This document shows, in pieces, positions 52,771-64,000 of a stretch of 64,000 bases of DNA (positions are counted from its first letter, which is position 1; each line of letters starts with the position of its first letter). A program made the translations under genes and the position numbers. Below the pieces are notes generated by a model, which ran no database searches, was not told where the DNA came from, and saw only the letters and a program-made list of their open reading frames with translations. This DNA comes from Octopus bimaculoides (taxonomy: Eukaryota): contig NC_068992.1 of the NCBI RefSeq assembly GCF_001194135.2, positions 65,743,760 through 65,807,759 on the forward strand, written 5' to 3'.

Positions 52771-54062
52771 TTAAATACTTCAACAGTTAATTAAGATTTT
52801 AAAATAATTACAGTCAAAAGTCATGTTTACTGAATTACTTGTCTTTGAATTCATACTAGTTAAATGTTTACCGGTGTAAATATTATTTATTTAATTAGTC
52901 AAGTATTTATAGTACTTATAAACGAATTTTGATAGCTTTTTCCTCTTCTTGACTTTCCTACACAAACCTCTGACATTTTCCCGTTATTCTCTTTTTCCTC
53001 TGGCTTGATTTTTTTTATTCTGTTAACAGAGTAGCAGACTTTATGTGTAGCTTATTTCTTATTCTAAACACAATTTGTAAACACATTGCAAATGTCACAT
53101 CAACACATGGTGTTTACGTTACATGAATTCAAGTTGACAATTTAAACGAATTACTGCAACCGATGTACAGAGATTACTAAAACATCTAAAATAACATCAG
53201 CGAAGGAGTCTCCACCTGGTCATTCGGCATCCTAGAAATAGCAGCACAACTACAATACACATCGTTTTGGTTTAAAAAGAGAAGATCAATGCAATCGTAG
53301 ATACCAATGAAGTGCAAAATTGACTCCATGGCAATTGTTTCAACGTGTTCAATAAAAGATCTGGTCAAAACCGAAGGGAGATTAGACTCTGAAAACCTGC
53401 TTTAAACGTCAATATATATTAATTGTTGAGTCCAACAAAACTCCCACAGAAAACAAATTAAAAGAAAACTTTTATTTTCTTAAACTGTTCATCATGCACT
53501 TTTGCATTAGCCTTCATACATAACTGCTCTCATCTGCTACAATGTAATAGCATATATATATATATATATATAGTGTATTACGTTAGGAACGTATTAAAGT
53601 ACAAGATAGAGTTCGTTCAACCTTAGAATTACAAAAAAGCCGGTAGTATTCGAAGTCTAGACTTAAGCATTCATCGCGTGTAAAAACATTCAGCGGGCGG
53701 GACTGAACACAGAACCATGTGGATGAGAAGCCAATTTTATTCCCGACAGCCACGCTTATATAAATATATTTGTTAGTGTCACAATTCCAGGTTTATGTGA
53801 ATATGTCACTTGTTTAGTGTGTATATATGTAGGTCATATATATATATGTGTGTGTGTGTCTGTGTGTAGTGTGTGTAGTGGACAGAGTTACATTTCTGTA
53901 TTGAATATACACCTCTCTTTAATGCACAAATTCGTCTAATTACTCTTTGTGCGTGTCTCTGTGTGTGTGTATTTGTGTGTGTGTGTGTGTGAGTATGTGA
54001 GTGTGTGAGTATGTGTGTGTGTTATATACGCATACATCTTTATGTCTATTTCTTCATTGCAG

Positions 54063-54136
54063 GTAATTCAAATGGAGAAAGTTTGGAATGTTTTACAAAT
54101 ATCCCTTGTATCATTAACCAACTGGATTCGGAGGAT
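54063..54136 (+). CDS. Candidate 74-nt exon (GNSNGESLECFTNIPCIINQLDSED, or VIQMEKVWNVLQISLVSLTNWIRR)
   Basis: tctttatgtctatttcttcattgcag acceptor and GAT|gtgagt donor, both near consensus; two frames open. Confidence 0.45.
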
Positions 54137-56471
54137 GTGAGTCAGTTTGCTTTGCTCTTTTCCGAAAGAAAGCCAGCATCTCCTGGCTTTCATTTGAGTC
54201 TGTTATTACACATGAGCATGTATCTACGTGTCTAGGGTTAAGCATATATGGCGATGTGTTGCCCACTGTACGTACGAATGTGTGCGCGTATGTGTGTCAG
54301 TGTTTCGTGATATTAATTGTTTCTATGGTTTAGTGAGAAGATGAAGAAATGCCTCTGACATTGTAGGAAGAAAAGGAAAAACTTGTCCTTAGGCCGCAAA
54401 TCTAACTTTAATGCTGACAACGAAGTGAATTCTGTTAAGAGATATCGAAAGTTCAGGTGGTGAAATAAAAGCAGTGGAGGGATGGGATGTGTCACACAAC
54501 ATTAGCCTTGCGACGAGTTTTCAGACTCTCACAGTCAACCAACATTTTACTCGTGAGTCTTCGGTTGACTTAAAGCAATGGCAGAATATACACAGCCAGG
54601 GTACGTATTTTCAACTGTCGGGTCGATCTATGCATTCGTGAAACCGACTTCCTAACTTCACATCCATACTTTCTTGTCCATGGGCGAATACACTGAAATT
54701 GAAATCTATAATAATTCACATAATATAGATACACTGTACACAATCCGATGAATACTAAGCAACCCGTAACTTCGAAGTCACTATCAACATTATACTTATT
54801 AAAGAATAATTGATATACACTGTACACATAGCTACATTTAACAGTAATTTTCACATCTATAAAGTAATGCAGAGTTTCTAGTATTGAGGGTTGGCCCTCA
54901 TTGTATGACACATGGAGACATTGTCATAAAAATGCCACAGTGTAAGGTGGTGCAGTGGCAGAGTTGTTGGAGCGATTGATAAAAGGACTCGTAGTGTATC
55001 TGTGTAAATGTTCTTGCCTCGTTGTCTTCACTTTGTACACGAATCTTCACCATGGATCTGTGTATATGTAAGTCTTTATGAAAGAAAGACTTACATATAC
55101 ACAAATTCGAATTGCAGACTATACAACATTCCGAACGAATATCAATTCACAAATCCAAGCATGACAGCCACCAACGAAGAAGCCTTCTACCTTATTGTTG
55201 ATTAGAGAAGCGAAGTTTAATATTCCTCCTGTAATACACGCCGACTCTATTCAAATTTAAATAACCCTTCAACTCTTTGACTGGAGTGCTGCCGCCATAC
55301 TGAGAGACCCCTGTTAGCTTTGCTACAGCTTCACTACCTGAAACGTCATTTGATATGTGGCATTTGGTGAAAGATATCTGATGCTGCAACTAGCATTATA
55401 CCAGTTTACTAAAAGAAACCATTCTTATATATCTCGCTCGTTCCTTTTATGAATGAACGAATCTTTTGTCAGATTGCTTTTCAAAACAATTTCTCGCTCA
55501 ACAGTTTTGTAGCTTCCCAAGTTTCTTCACAGCAGGACTTGGGTCTCTTATAGAGTCAGTAAATTCTATTTTTCTTAATCTCTGTTACATATTTATTTAA
55601 TTTACGTCAATCATATTCGAAAAAGAAATGTAGTTATTAATAGTTTTCTTGTTTTGCTTTTTTTTCCCTCGTACGGCAGGTTTTGATCGTTTGGAGACAT
55701 GGTTCGCTCCATATTCATATACTGGCTGAAATTATGTTTAAAACATCTGCATAAAGATTGAAAGATTAATTTTTGACACTCTGCCAAACTTGTATTTATA
55801 AGGCCATTAATATTAGATTTTTGCAAATAAATGCATTTAACCAGTATGGTAATATATATATATATATATATACACGCACACACAAACAGAGTAATATCGA
55901 CCAATGAGAATGAGGGTTCAACACCGCATTGGTGGATAAACATTCGTTATTTGTGGGTTAACAAATTCCTCTGACATGAAACCATTGACGACCTTCTTAT
56001 CCCACCAATAAAGTGTGTGTATGCATGCTATATATATATATATATATATATATNNNNNNNNNNNNNNNNNNNNNNNNNNNNNNNNNNNNNNNNNNNNNNN
56101 NNNNNNNNNNNNNNNNNNNNNNNNNNNNNNNNNNNNNNNNNNNNNNNNNNNNNNNNNNNNNNNNNNNNNNNNNNNNNNNNNNNNNNNNNNNNNNNNNNNN
56201 NNNNNNNNNNNNNNNNNNNNNNNNNNNNNNNNNNNNNNNNNNNNNNNNNNNNNNNNNNNNNNNNNNNNNNNNNNNNNNNNNTATGACTCTGCGTGTACAC
56301 AACTGATCCAAGGAGAGGTAATATATGCACGCCTTAAGTATACTGCATCAGAGTAACCCCAACTTATATTCACAAATATGTGTTTATGCTTATGTGTACT
56401 TTTGAGAGTACAATTATACATACATATATACATATTGTATATTTTATTTGAGAAAGAGAGAGAGAGAGAGC

Positions 56472-56528
<57 letters not shown>

Positions 56529-57551
56529 TGAGTTTCTGGAACATGCTATTTGTAATGCCATAACAAAATAGCATTCTTCATGGCGTTCTGAATTATCCTT
56601 TCTGCTCTAATAGTCACTGTAGTCGATTATCGAAATGTATTGTACAAAGCTGCAAGCGAAGGAGGCCGAAAGGGAGTCTAGTATTTGACAGAAACTGTGA
56701 CAGATACTGTATTGTATCCATCGTCAAAACACTTAACTTGTAAATTATCTTGATGTAAATATTTAAAATGGCGTCCACTGGTAAAGATAAATTCTGTATG
56801 CAATGAAAATTGTGTAGAATTAATTTCAACCTGGCAGGAGGTGAAATATCATTGAGAAATTGTTAAAGGGGAATATATCAAACTCTGCAAATTTACACAC
56901 ACACATGACGTGTCAGAAAGAGACAAGTAAACGAGAAAAGTATCGAAATTGTCGTGGATATTGTTGTTTAAGAAACACCCAGGTAGTGATTCATTGACAA
57001 TGCTCAACAACTTCGAAGGTAGTCGGTGCTATGACTATATCTATGCGAATTAACAAGTGGGAATAACAAAATACAGAGATTATGTACCACAGCTTATCTT
57101 TCTTCTCATTAGATGTGTGTACTGTGTGTGGCGTATGTGCATGCGTATGTGTATGTATGTATGTATACAAATATGTATATATACACAAACAGCTCAAAAT
57201 TAAATAGATACTTCGCATTACACCGCTCTGTCTGTGTAGTCATCCTTCATTGGCACGGTGTCCAAACGGGTTAAATCTTTAGAAAAAACTGCACAAGGTA
57301 TGTTATTTTGTTTCTAGAAATAAATCTTTCAAAACTGATGGTGTCTATTTACTTTCAAGATGCTTGTGTACACACACACAAACAAACAAACACACACGAT
57401 AAGAGAGTTGCCTATGCACAATTACCAATGTTCGATCGAACTAAAATTTCTCATTATATACTCACCATTATACACTTCAATCAAGTGTATATACACGCAA
57501 ATTCACATATATGTGTGCGCACACGTGTGTGTACATATCTGTACATAGATG

Positions 57552-57644
<93 letters not shown>

Positions 57645-57942
57645 GTGTATGTATGTATGTATATGTACGTGTGTAGGTAGTTATTGATGTATTGTACGTG
57701 AGTATGTATTTCCAGTGTGAAATTAGGCTTCACGGGGTCCTCTTTGGCTACTTGGAATGAGGATTGACCCGACAGTTTTCGATGAGTTTTAACAACTAAT
57801 CGGTATTGGTTTATCTCCAATTCCCAAGTCGTAGATCGATAATCTCAGAAGATTCCTTATTCAAATATACAGCGGAATATGCCCAGGCACGAATCCTCAC
57901 TTCTCATTTTTGTGTACATACATACACACATGCATACGTACA

Positions 57943-57976
<34 letters not shown>

Positions 57977-58029
57977 CACACATGCATACGTACATACATA
58001 CATACATACATACTTATATACATAAATAT

Positions 58030-58282
58030 GAAGGTCAGTGAAAAAGAGAATATCTACGCTGAACTATTGAGCAATCAACAGCTACTCTATATAAATTACA
58101 AGTTCAGGTTTATACCTGTAATTATTGAGGCCCTGGGATATATAACACACTGCCTAAATACCAATCTTGAGAAATTAGGCTTTTCAAAACCAGAAAGCAG
58201 AAAGCTAGTTCGAAGACTACAGATCCAATCCATCATTGGAATTGTAAAAATCAGTAAAACTTTCCAGAAGTTTATCATTTAA
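58030..58282 (+). mobile_element. 3' end of second REL-LINE lineage
   Basis: KVSEKENIYAELL...YKFRFIPVIIEALGYI...LEKLGFSKPESRKLVRRLQIQSIIGIVKISKTFQKF. Confidence 0.8.
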
Positions 58283-58510
58283 ATATATATGAGCATGTCT
58301 AGACATACAACTATATGCATGAGAACATATACATAAAACATACAAATCTGCACATACATACATACATGCTCATATGCATGCATGTGTGTGTGTATGTATG
58401 CATGCAAATGTGTATGAATTTAGGTATAGCGATTCGCTGACTTCACGAAAATTACAAACGAGTTTGAGTTCATTAAAATTTTTTTTTTTTTTTTTTTTTT
58501 CCTGCTTGGT

Positions 58511-58730
58511 AAGGTGGCGAGCTGGCAGAGTGGTTAGCACGCCGGGCGAAATGCTTAACGATTTTTCGTCTGTCTATACGTTCTGAGTTCAAATTCTACC
58601 GAGGTCGACTTTGCCTTTCATCCTTTCGAAGTCGATAAATTAAGTATCAGTTTCGTACTGGGGTCGATCTGATTGACTGGTCCCATCTCCAAAAATTTCG
58701 GGCCTTATGCCTAGAGTAGAAAAGAATATT
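58511..58730 (+). mobile_element. SINE family B, well preserved
   Basis: gagctggcagagtggttagcacgccgggcgaaatgctta...gagttcaaattctaccgaggtcgactttgcctttcatcctttcg. Confidence 0.9.
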
Positions 58731-59130
58731 TCTGGCCTTGGGAATAGCAGAAACGTCAGAGCAGTAAGCTTGGTAATCTTTTTTTTTTTTTTTAATGTCT
58801 ATCTTTTAATGGTGAGGGCTGGCAGACCCCATGGCCTCCTTTGCAGATCCTCCGAAATTGGTGGAAATGAGGGGGGGAGGGAAATGTATCTTCAAACAGG
58901 AAACCGGGCTTGAAGGCCTGCAACATAACGGACTATGAGAAACGCCTACCCAAGCTACCAGGTGCCGCTGCTAAACCGGATTAAAGTTCAGTCAACCACC
59001 CGCGTAGGCTGTCGTGAGATTCGAACTCAGAACAAGAAGAACTGCGAAAGACCCCATGAAGCATCCGATCCATCGTTATCACAGTTTTGCCAATTCAACG
59101 CCATTGATGATTACTACACTTCCATCAACC

Positions 59131-59370
59131 TCAAAAAGATGACGGGCGAAATTGACCTCGGCAGGATTTGAACTCCGGACACCGAGTGACAAAACCAATG
59201 CCGTGCAATATTCAATGTGACAGCCTCTTGATCTTCTGAGTTCAAATCTCGTCGAAGTCGACCTTACTTTCCATCTTGCTAAGTTCGACAAGATAAGGCC
59301 TCACTCAAGTGCCAGACTTCGAATAATCGAGTGTTCCCTTTGCCAACCCCAAAATTCAGGACTTCTGCCG
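59131..59370. mobile_element. Two family-B fragments in opposite orientation
   Basis: aagatgacgggcgaaattgacctcggcaggatttgaactc (-) then gagttcaaatctcgtcgaagtcgaccttactttccatctt (+). Confidence 0.65.
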
Positions 59371-59766
59371 ATGTTGAAGACCACTGACGGTCGCAGTATT
59401 TCACTGCACTTGTAATTTGTTATATTCGTATGTATCTGTGGTTCATAAATATTTATATCACTGTATCTGTCGTTAACCTGCAGTTTATAAAATATACCTA
59501 TTACATGTCTACACTGGTACACGATACTGTCTACCTGGTTATTTATCCGTTTATTTATCTAACTATCTATCTATCTAAACTATTTATCTATCGATCTGTT
59601 TATCTATCGATCTGTCTATCTATCTGTTTGTCTATCTACGTATCTATCTAATTATCTATTTATCTAAACTATTTCTCTATCGATCTATGTATCTATCTGT
59701 CTGTCTATGTATTTATCTGTTTGCCTATATCTATCAATTTATCTACCTACCTACCTACCTACCTAC

Positions 59767-59824
<58 letters not shown>

Positions 59825-60269
59825 GTCTGTCTAACGGTTTCTTTCTTTATATTAATATCAACGTACATACGTATGTGCATGCGCGTGTGTGTACGTGTGT
59901 GTGTGCATATGTAAGTATGTATCTGCTTGTCAATTTGTCTATGTTAACATCCATGTATGTACTTACATATGTGTGTTAATCCTTCTGTCTATCAATCTAT
60001 CTTTTAAGCTAACGACATATTTCATTGCTTATATATCTGTCTGTCTGTCTGTCTAATTCTGTTGCATCCACACCGCCAATACCCCGGTTATAAATATCAA
60101 CATCAACAACATCAGCAACAACAACAACAACAACACAAGCTGCAACACAAAGAACAGCATAGAGACAAACAACAACATTGTCCACTGCAATATCATCAAC
60201 AACAACAACAATATCAACCCCAGCATCAAAAACAACAACAGTTGTGCTGGTGCGCCTATGCTAGCGTTC

Positions 60270-60445
60270 GGATTGCTAGAAATAACAACCAAATCCGCTT
60301 CAAATCACACCTTATTCTCTTTAATAGGGAAACAACACACGAGATAGTTAAATCCTAGAGAGCCATTAATGATGGGTTGGTTACAGTTAGAGTGGCTTTG
60401 ATTTATTGTCTGCTCGTCAGGGTTGACCGGGGGATGAGCAATACC
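60270..60445 (+). mobile_element. Repeat family D
   Basis: gctagaaataacaaccaaatccgcttcaaatcacacc...gtctgctcgtcagggttgacc. Confidence 0.7.
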
Positions 60446-60504
60446 AGCAGCAACACAACAAAACACATTCAATGATACTATAAAATGTATAATTGCGTAG
60501 GCAT

Positions 60505-60572
<68 letters not shown>

Positions 60573-60779
60573 AAGTATATAGACCGGTTGTATGGTGTCA
60601 ACATCGTATTGAGAAATGATGCTGTTGTGATGTTGTCTGGCGGTGGTGTTGTGGTTCTCTTCTGTTGTGTTTATTTTGAGTTGTGGTTGTTGTGTTGATG
60701 CTTTGTTGTGATGACGCTGTGCCGTGGTATTTGTGACATTTGCTCTACAACTGGCGTTGTGAAATGTTAGCATTCTAGT

Positions 60780-61330
60780 GTAGTGACGTGGGATGGTGTT
60801 TACGTTGTAGTGTATAAACGTTGTATTGTGGTCACGTTGTAGTAGTATAGCATGATGTGGTTGTCATGAATTGATGAACTTACCTCAACTGAAAATGGTA
60901 TGTTAACTACAACACAACGTCACCACACTACAATGCCACCAGAGCACAACGCTACCACTCTACAACACTAGCACGTTGCTACAACCACAATGCCACCATT
61001 CTACAACGTCACCATGCCAAGACGTTACTTCTCTACAACGTCACTTTCTCTACAATGTAACGTCACCACTCTGCGACGTCACTTCACNNNNNNNNNNACA
61101 ACCACAATGCCACCATTCTACAACGTCACCATGCCAAGACGTTACTTCTCTACAACGTCACTTTCTCTACAATGTAACGTCACCACTCTGCGACGTCACT
61201 TCACTACAACGTCAATATACCTCACCACCACCACCACGCTACGACGTTAGAACACCAAAACTTCGCTACTCTACGACGTTCTTACACCAAACCGTCACCG
61301 CAGGCGTCTCTACACCGCTACGTTTCCTCG
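60780..61330. repeat. Degenerate minisatellite built on ctacaacgtcac
   Basis: Many recurrences of ctacaacgt / acgttgtag / acgtcac. Confidence 0.7.
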
Positions 61331-61736
61331 CCATCAACGCCACCAGCACCGTTATATAAACTCAGCACACAGCAAGACACATGGCTACATCCTCATAATT
61401 ATTCATATCTCAGCAAAACACAACATAGCAGTAAGCTATCCCTGCATCATAGCATCACCACACACACACACGCACGCACCTCAGAGCGTACCAACACATA
61501 CACCATCCTCTATGCACACACACACACACACACACACATACACACACGCGTACACACGTGTCAGAGCATACGAGGATATGTTTATACTACAACATCATCG
61601 TTCATTCTCTAAACCTCGTATAGTAACACCACCACTGAACTACTTTGCACCGACACAACATTAGAGAAGAACACAAACCGACGCTCACGTCACAATACGC
61701 CCACACAGTGTGTCAGCACTACAACACAGCCACGAC

Positions 61737-61782
<46 letters not shown>

Positions 61783-62375
61783 CACTAACATATGCACACA
61801 GATACATACTTACATACTTACTTACATACATACATACACACACATACACACACGCATGCATACACATATACACACATACATACATACATGTATACATTTA
61901 TATACGCTTTCATGGCGGTACTATGTCTGAATAAAGAGTGGTCATGTCACGGCTGGAACGCCTTTGGTGATAGGGCTGACCTGAGGTTAAATGGCATCAT
62001 CAGTGACAGGGCAACATTAATCAACGTGACTCCACAGCACACCACCACGAGAAACAGCGGCACAGACACCACCACCACTACGGCTACCACCGCCACTACC
62101 ACTACAACCAGTACCGCCACCATTACCACCAACACCACCATTACAACCCCCACCACCACCGGCAATAACAGCACTACTATAGCCCCACCACAACCACCTC
62201 CACTACCACCACCCCCATCATCACCACGCAACTGCTGAACACAACCTAGACATCCACTTCAAAAAGCAATAACACCACCACCACCTCAAAAAGCAATAAC
62301 ACAAACACTGCCACTGCCACTACCCCCACTCCACACTGCAACACATCATAGCACTACCACCACAAAAACAACAAC

Positions 62376-62491
<116 letters not shown>

Positions 62492-63375
62492 CCAGCACCA
62501 ATGCTATTCAATACCACAACACAACATTATTCAAGCAACGATCACAACAGAATAACAACCGAGTACAACAGTACTGAATGTCACAACAGAAAACTGCCAC
62601 CACCACCACCACCACCACCACCACTACTACAACCACAACAGTCCACAACAGTCGCACGATCATCACCACCACCACCACAACAATAACACGACACTCCGCC
62701 GTCACCTTCACCGCCACCAAACCACACCGCTAGCACACAACTCCATTAGACAGTTACATAAGCAACGTATCAACAGGTTATAAAATCGATATTTCAAATA
62801 GCGCTGGCGAGAAATCTGCTTTGTAAGAAATAATCCTCTCAGCCCGCGGTGTATGGGATCCCGTTTCGAACCCGGTTGGACACCTCTTCTATTCGTTTAC
62901 CCAAATCTAAATTTTATTGTTCCTTTTTTAGAAATTTATTTTAAATGATGATGAATATGTATTATATTTAGTTACAACCCATGCGTCTGTCGTTTCGGAT
63001 TTTGCAACTGCGATGTTTGATTAAAATTATTTTTATTATATTTACACCCAAAACGTCTTTTGCTTTGATTTTTAGGGGTTTTTTTTTTGTTGTTTTGTCT
63101 TTGTGAGAGCACAAACAGTAAAGTTCCTGTAACCCTTTATCTACCTAATTAAGACGGAACAGGAATATCTTGATATATCTATCTGTTTGACAATGTATCT
63201 GTCTATCAAATGCTATACCTAGGAATCTAATCTTGTATGATACACAATCCCATACACACAAGCTAACTCCTGCACACACGATCACATATAACAGTAAACA
63301 TACATTTACGTATGTATACACACTAATACACAGAAATATATATATATATACATAAATACATATATATACATATTA

Positions 63376-63593
63376 TACAAGGGTGTGCTGTAAAGTTCCT
63401 GGTTTTAAGAGTGTTGCGAAAAGCCTGACTGGAGGCCTAACCTTCCGAGTCCTTTTAAAGGGCTTAGAAAACTGAAGGACCACTGCAATAAATGTGTGAA
63501 TCTGAGAGGGGAATATGTTGAATAAAATTATAATTAACTGATCCTCCTGTATTTTCTTTTGCTCAAAGCCAGGAACTTTTCAGCAACCCCTTG
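63376..63593 (+). mobile_element. Non-autonomous mariner MITE, ~220 bp
   Basis: TIRs tacaagggtgtgctgtaaagttcctgg / ccaggaacttttcagcaaccccttg; retains transposase C-terminus GLRKLKDHCNKCVNLRGEYVE*. Confidence 0.85.
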
Positions 63594-63940
63594 CTTCCAA
63601 ACCACATGGTTCTAGGTTCACTCCCAGTTCGTAACATCTTAAGCAAGTGTCTTCTACTATGGCCACTGGCCGACCACAGCCTTGTGAGCGGATTTGCGAG
63701 ACGGAAACTGAAAGAAACCTGCTCTATGTATATATACATGTGTGTGTGTGTTTCTCTGTATGTGTGTACCTTTATGTTTGTGTTTGACTACCGGTGTTGG
63801 TGTGTTTATATCCCCATAACTTAGTGATTACAGTAAGTACCAGACTTCACCAAAAATCAAAAAGCAATATGTACTAAAATCCTTCAAGGCAATGCCCCAG
63901 CATGGCCACAGTCTAATGACTGAAACAAGTAAAAGATAAA

Positions 63941-63942
<2 letters not shown>
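63591..63942 (+). mobile_element. SINE family C, near full length
   Basis: ttgcttccaaaccacatggttc...gcaagtgtcttctactat...gacggaaactgaaag, internal (TA)(TG)n, tail ccccagcatggccacagtctaatgactgaaacaag. Confidence 0.9.

Positions 63943-64000
<58 letters not shown>

Noticed and set aside
60981-61204. Exact 107-bp tandem duplication
   Set aside because: Copies are separated only by a 10-N gap; cannot be told from an assembly overlap

Overview
Eukaryotic, AT-rich, microsatellite-saturated draft-assembly DNA with about 18 N-gaps. The repeat content (tRNA-head SINEs, R4/Dong-type LINE ends, mariner relics, dense CA/TA/ATT/CATA repeats) most resembles a coleoid cephalopod such as Octopus; this is inference from remembered repeat families, not a search result. 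There is no long coding ORF, and almost all of the supplied ORF track is translated microsatellite or N-runs. Well supported: four interspersed SINE-like families (my labels A-D, about 25 copies), several LINE 3' fragments with a restriction-like (REL) endonuclease, an internally deleted mariner plus two derivatives, a ~500-bp foldback MITE and a ~140-bp minisatellite. Weakly supported: a few short spliced exon candidates (+ strand 1-6 kb and 54 kb; - strand 13-15 kb) and promoter-like motif clusters near 9, 28 and 33.5 kb. None could be assigned to a named gene. I found no CRISPR array, rRNA, intact tRNA or convincing new multi-gene system. The best leads are microsatellite-targeted LINEs, a strand-asymmetric pre-miRNA-sized hairpin, a mariner duplicated with its flank, and conserved twin stem-loops in a SINE tail.
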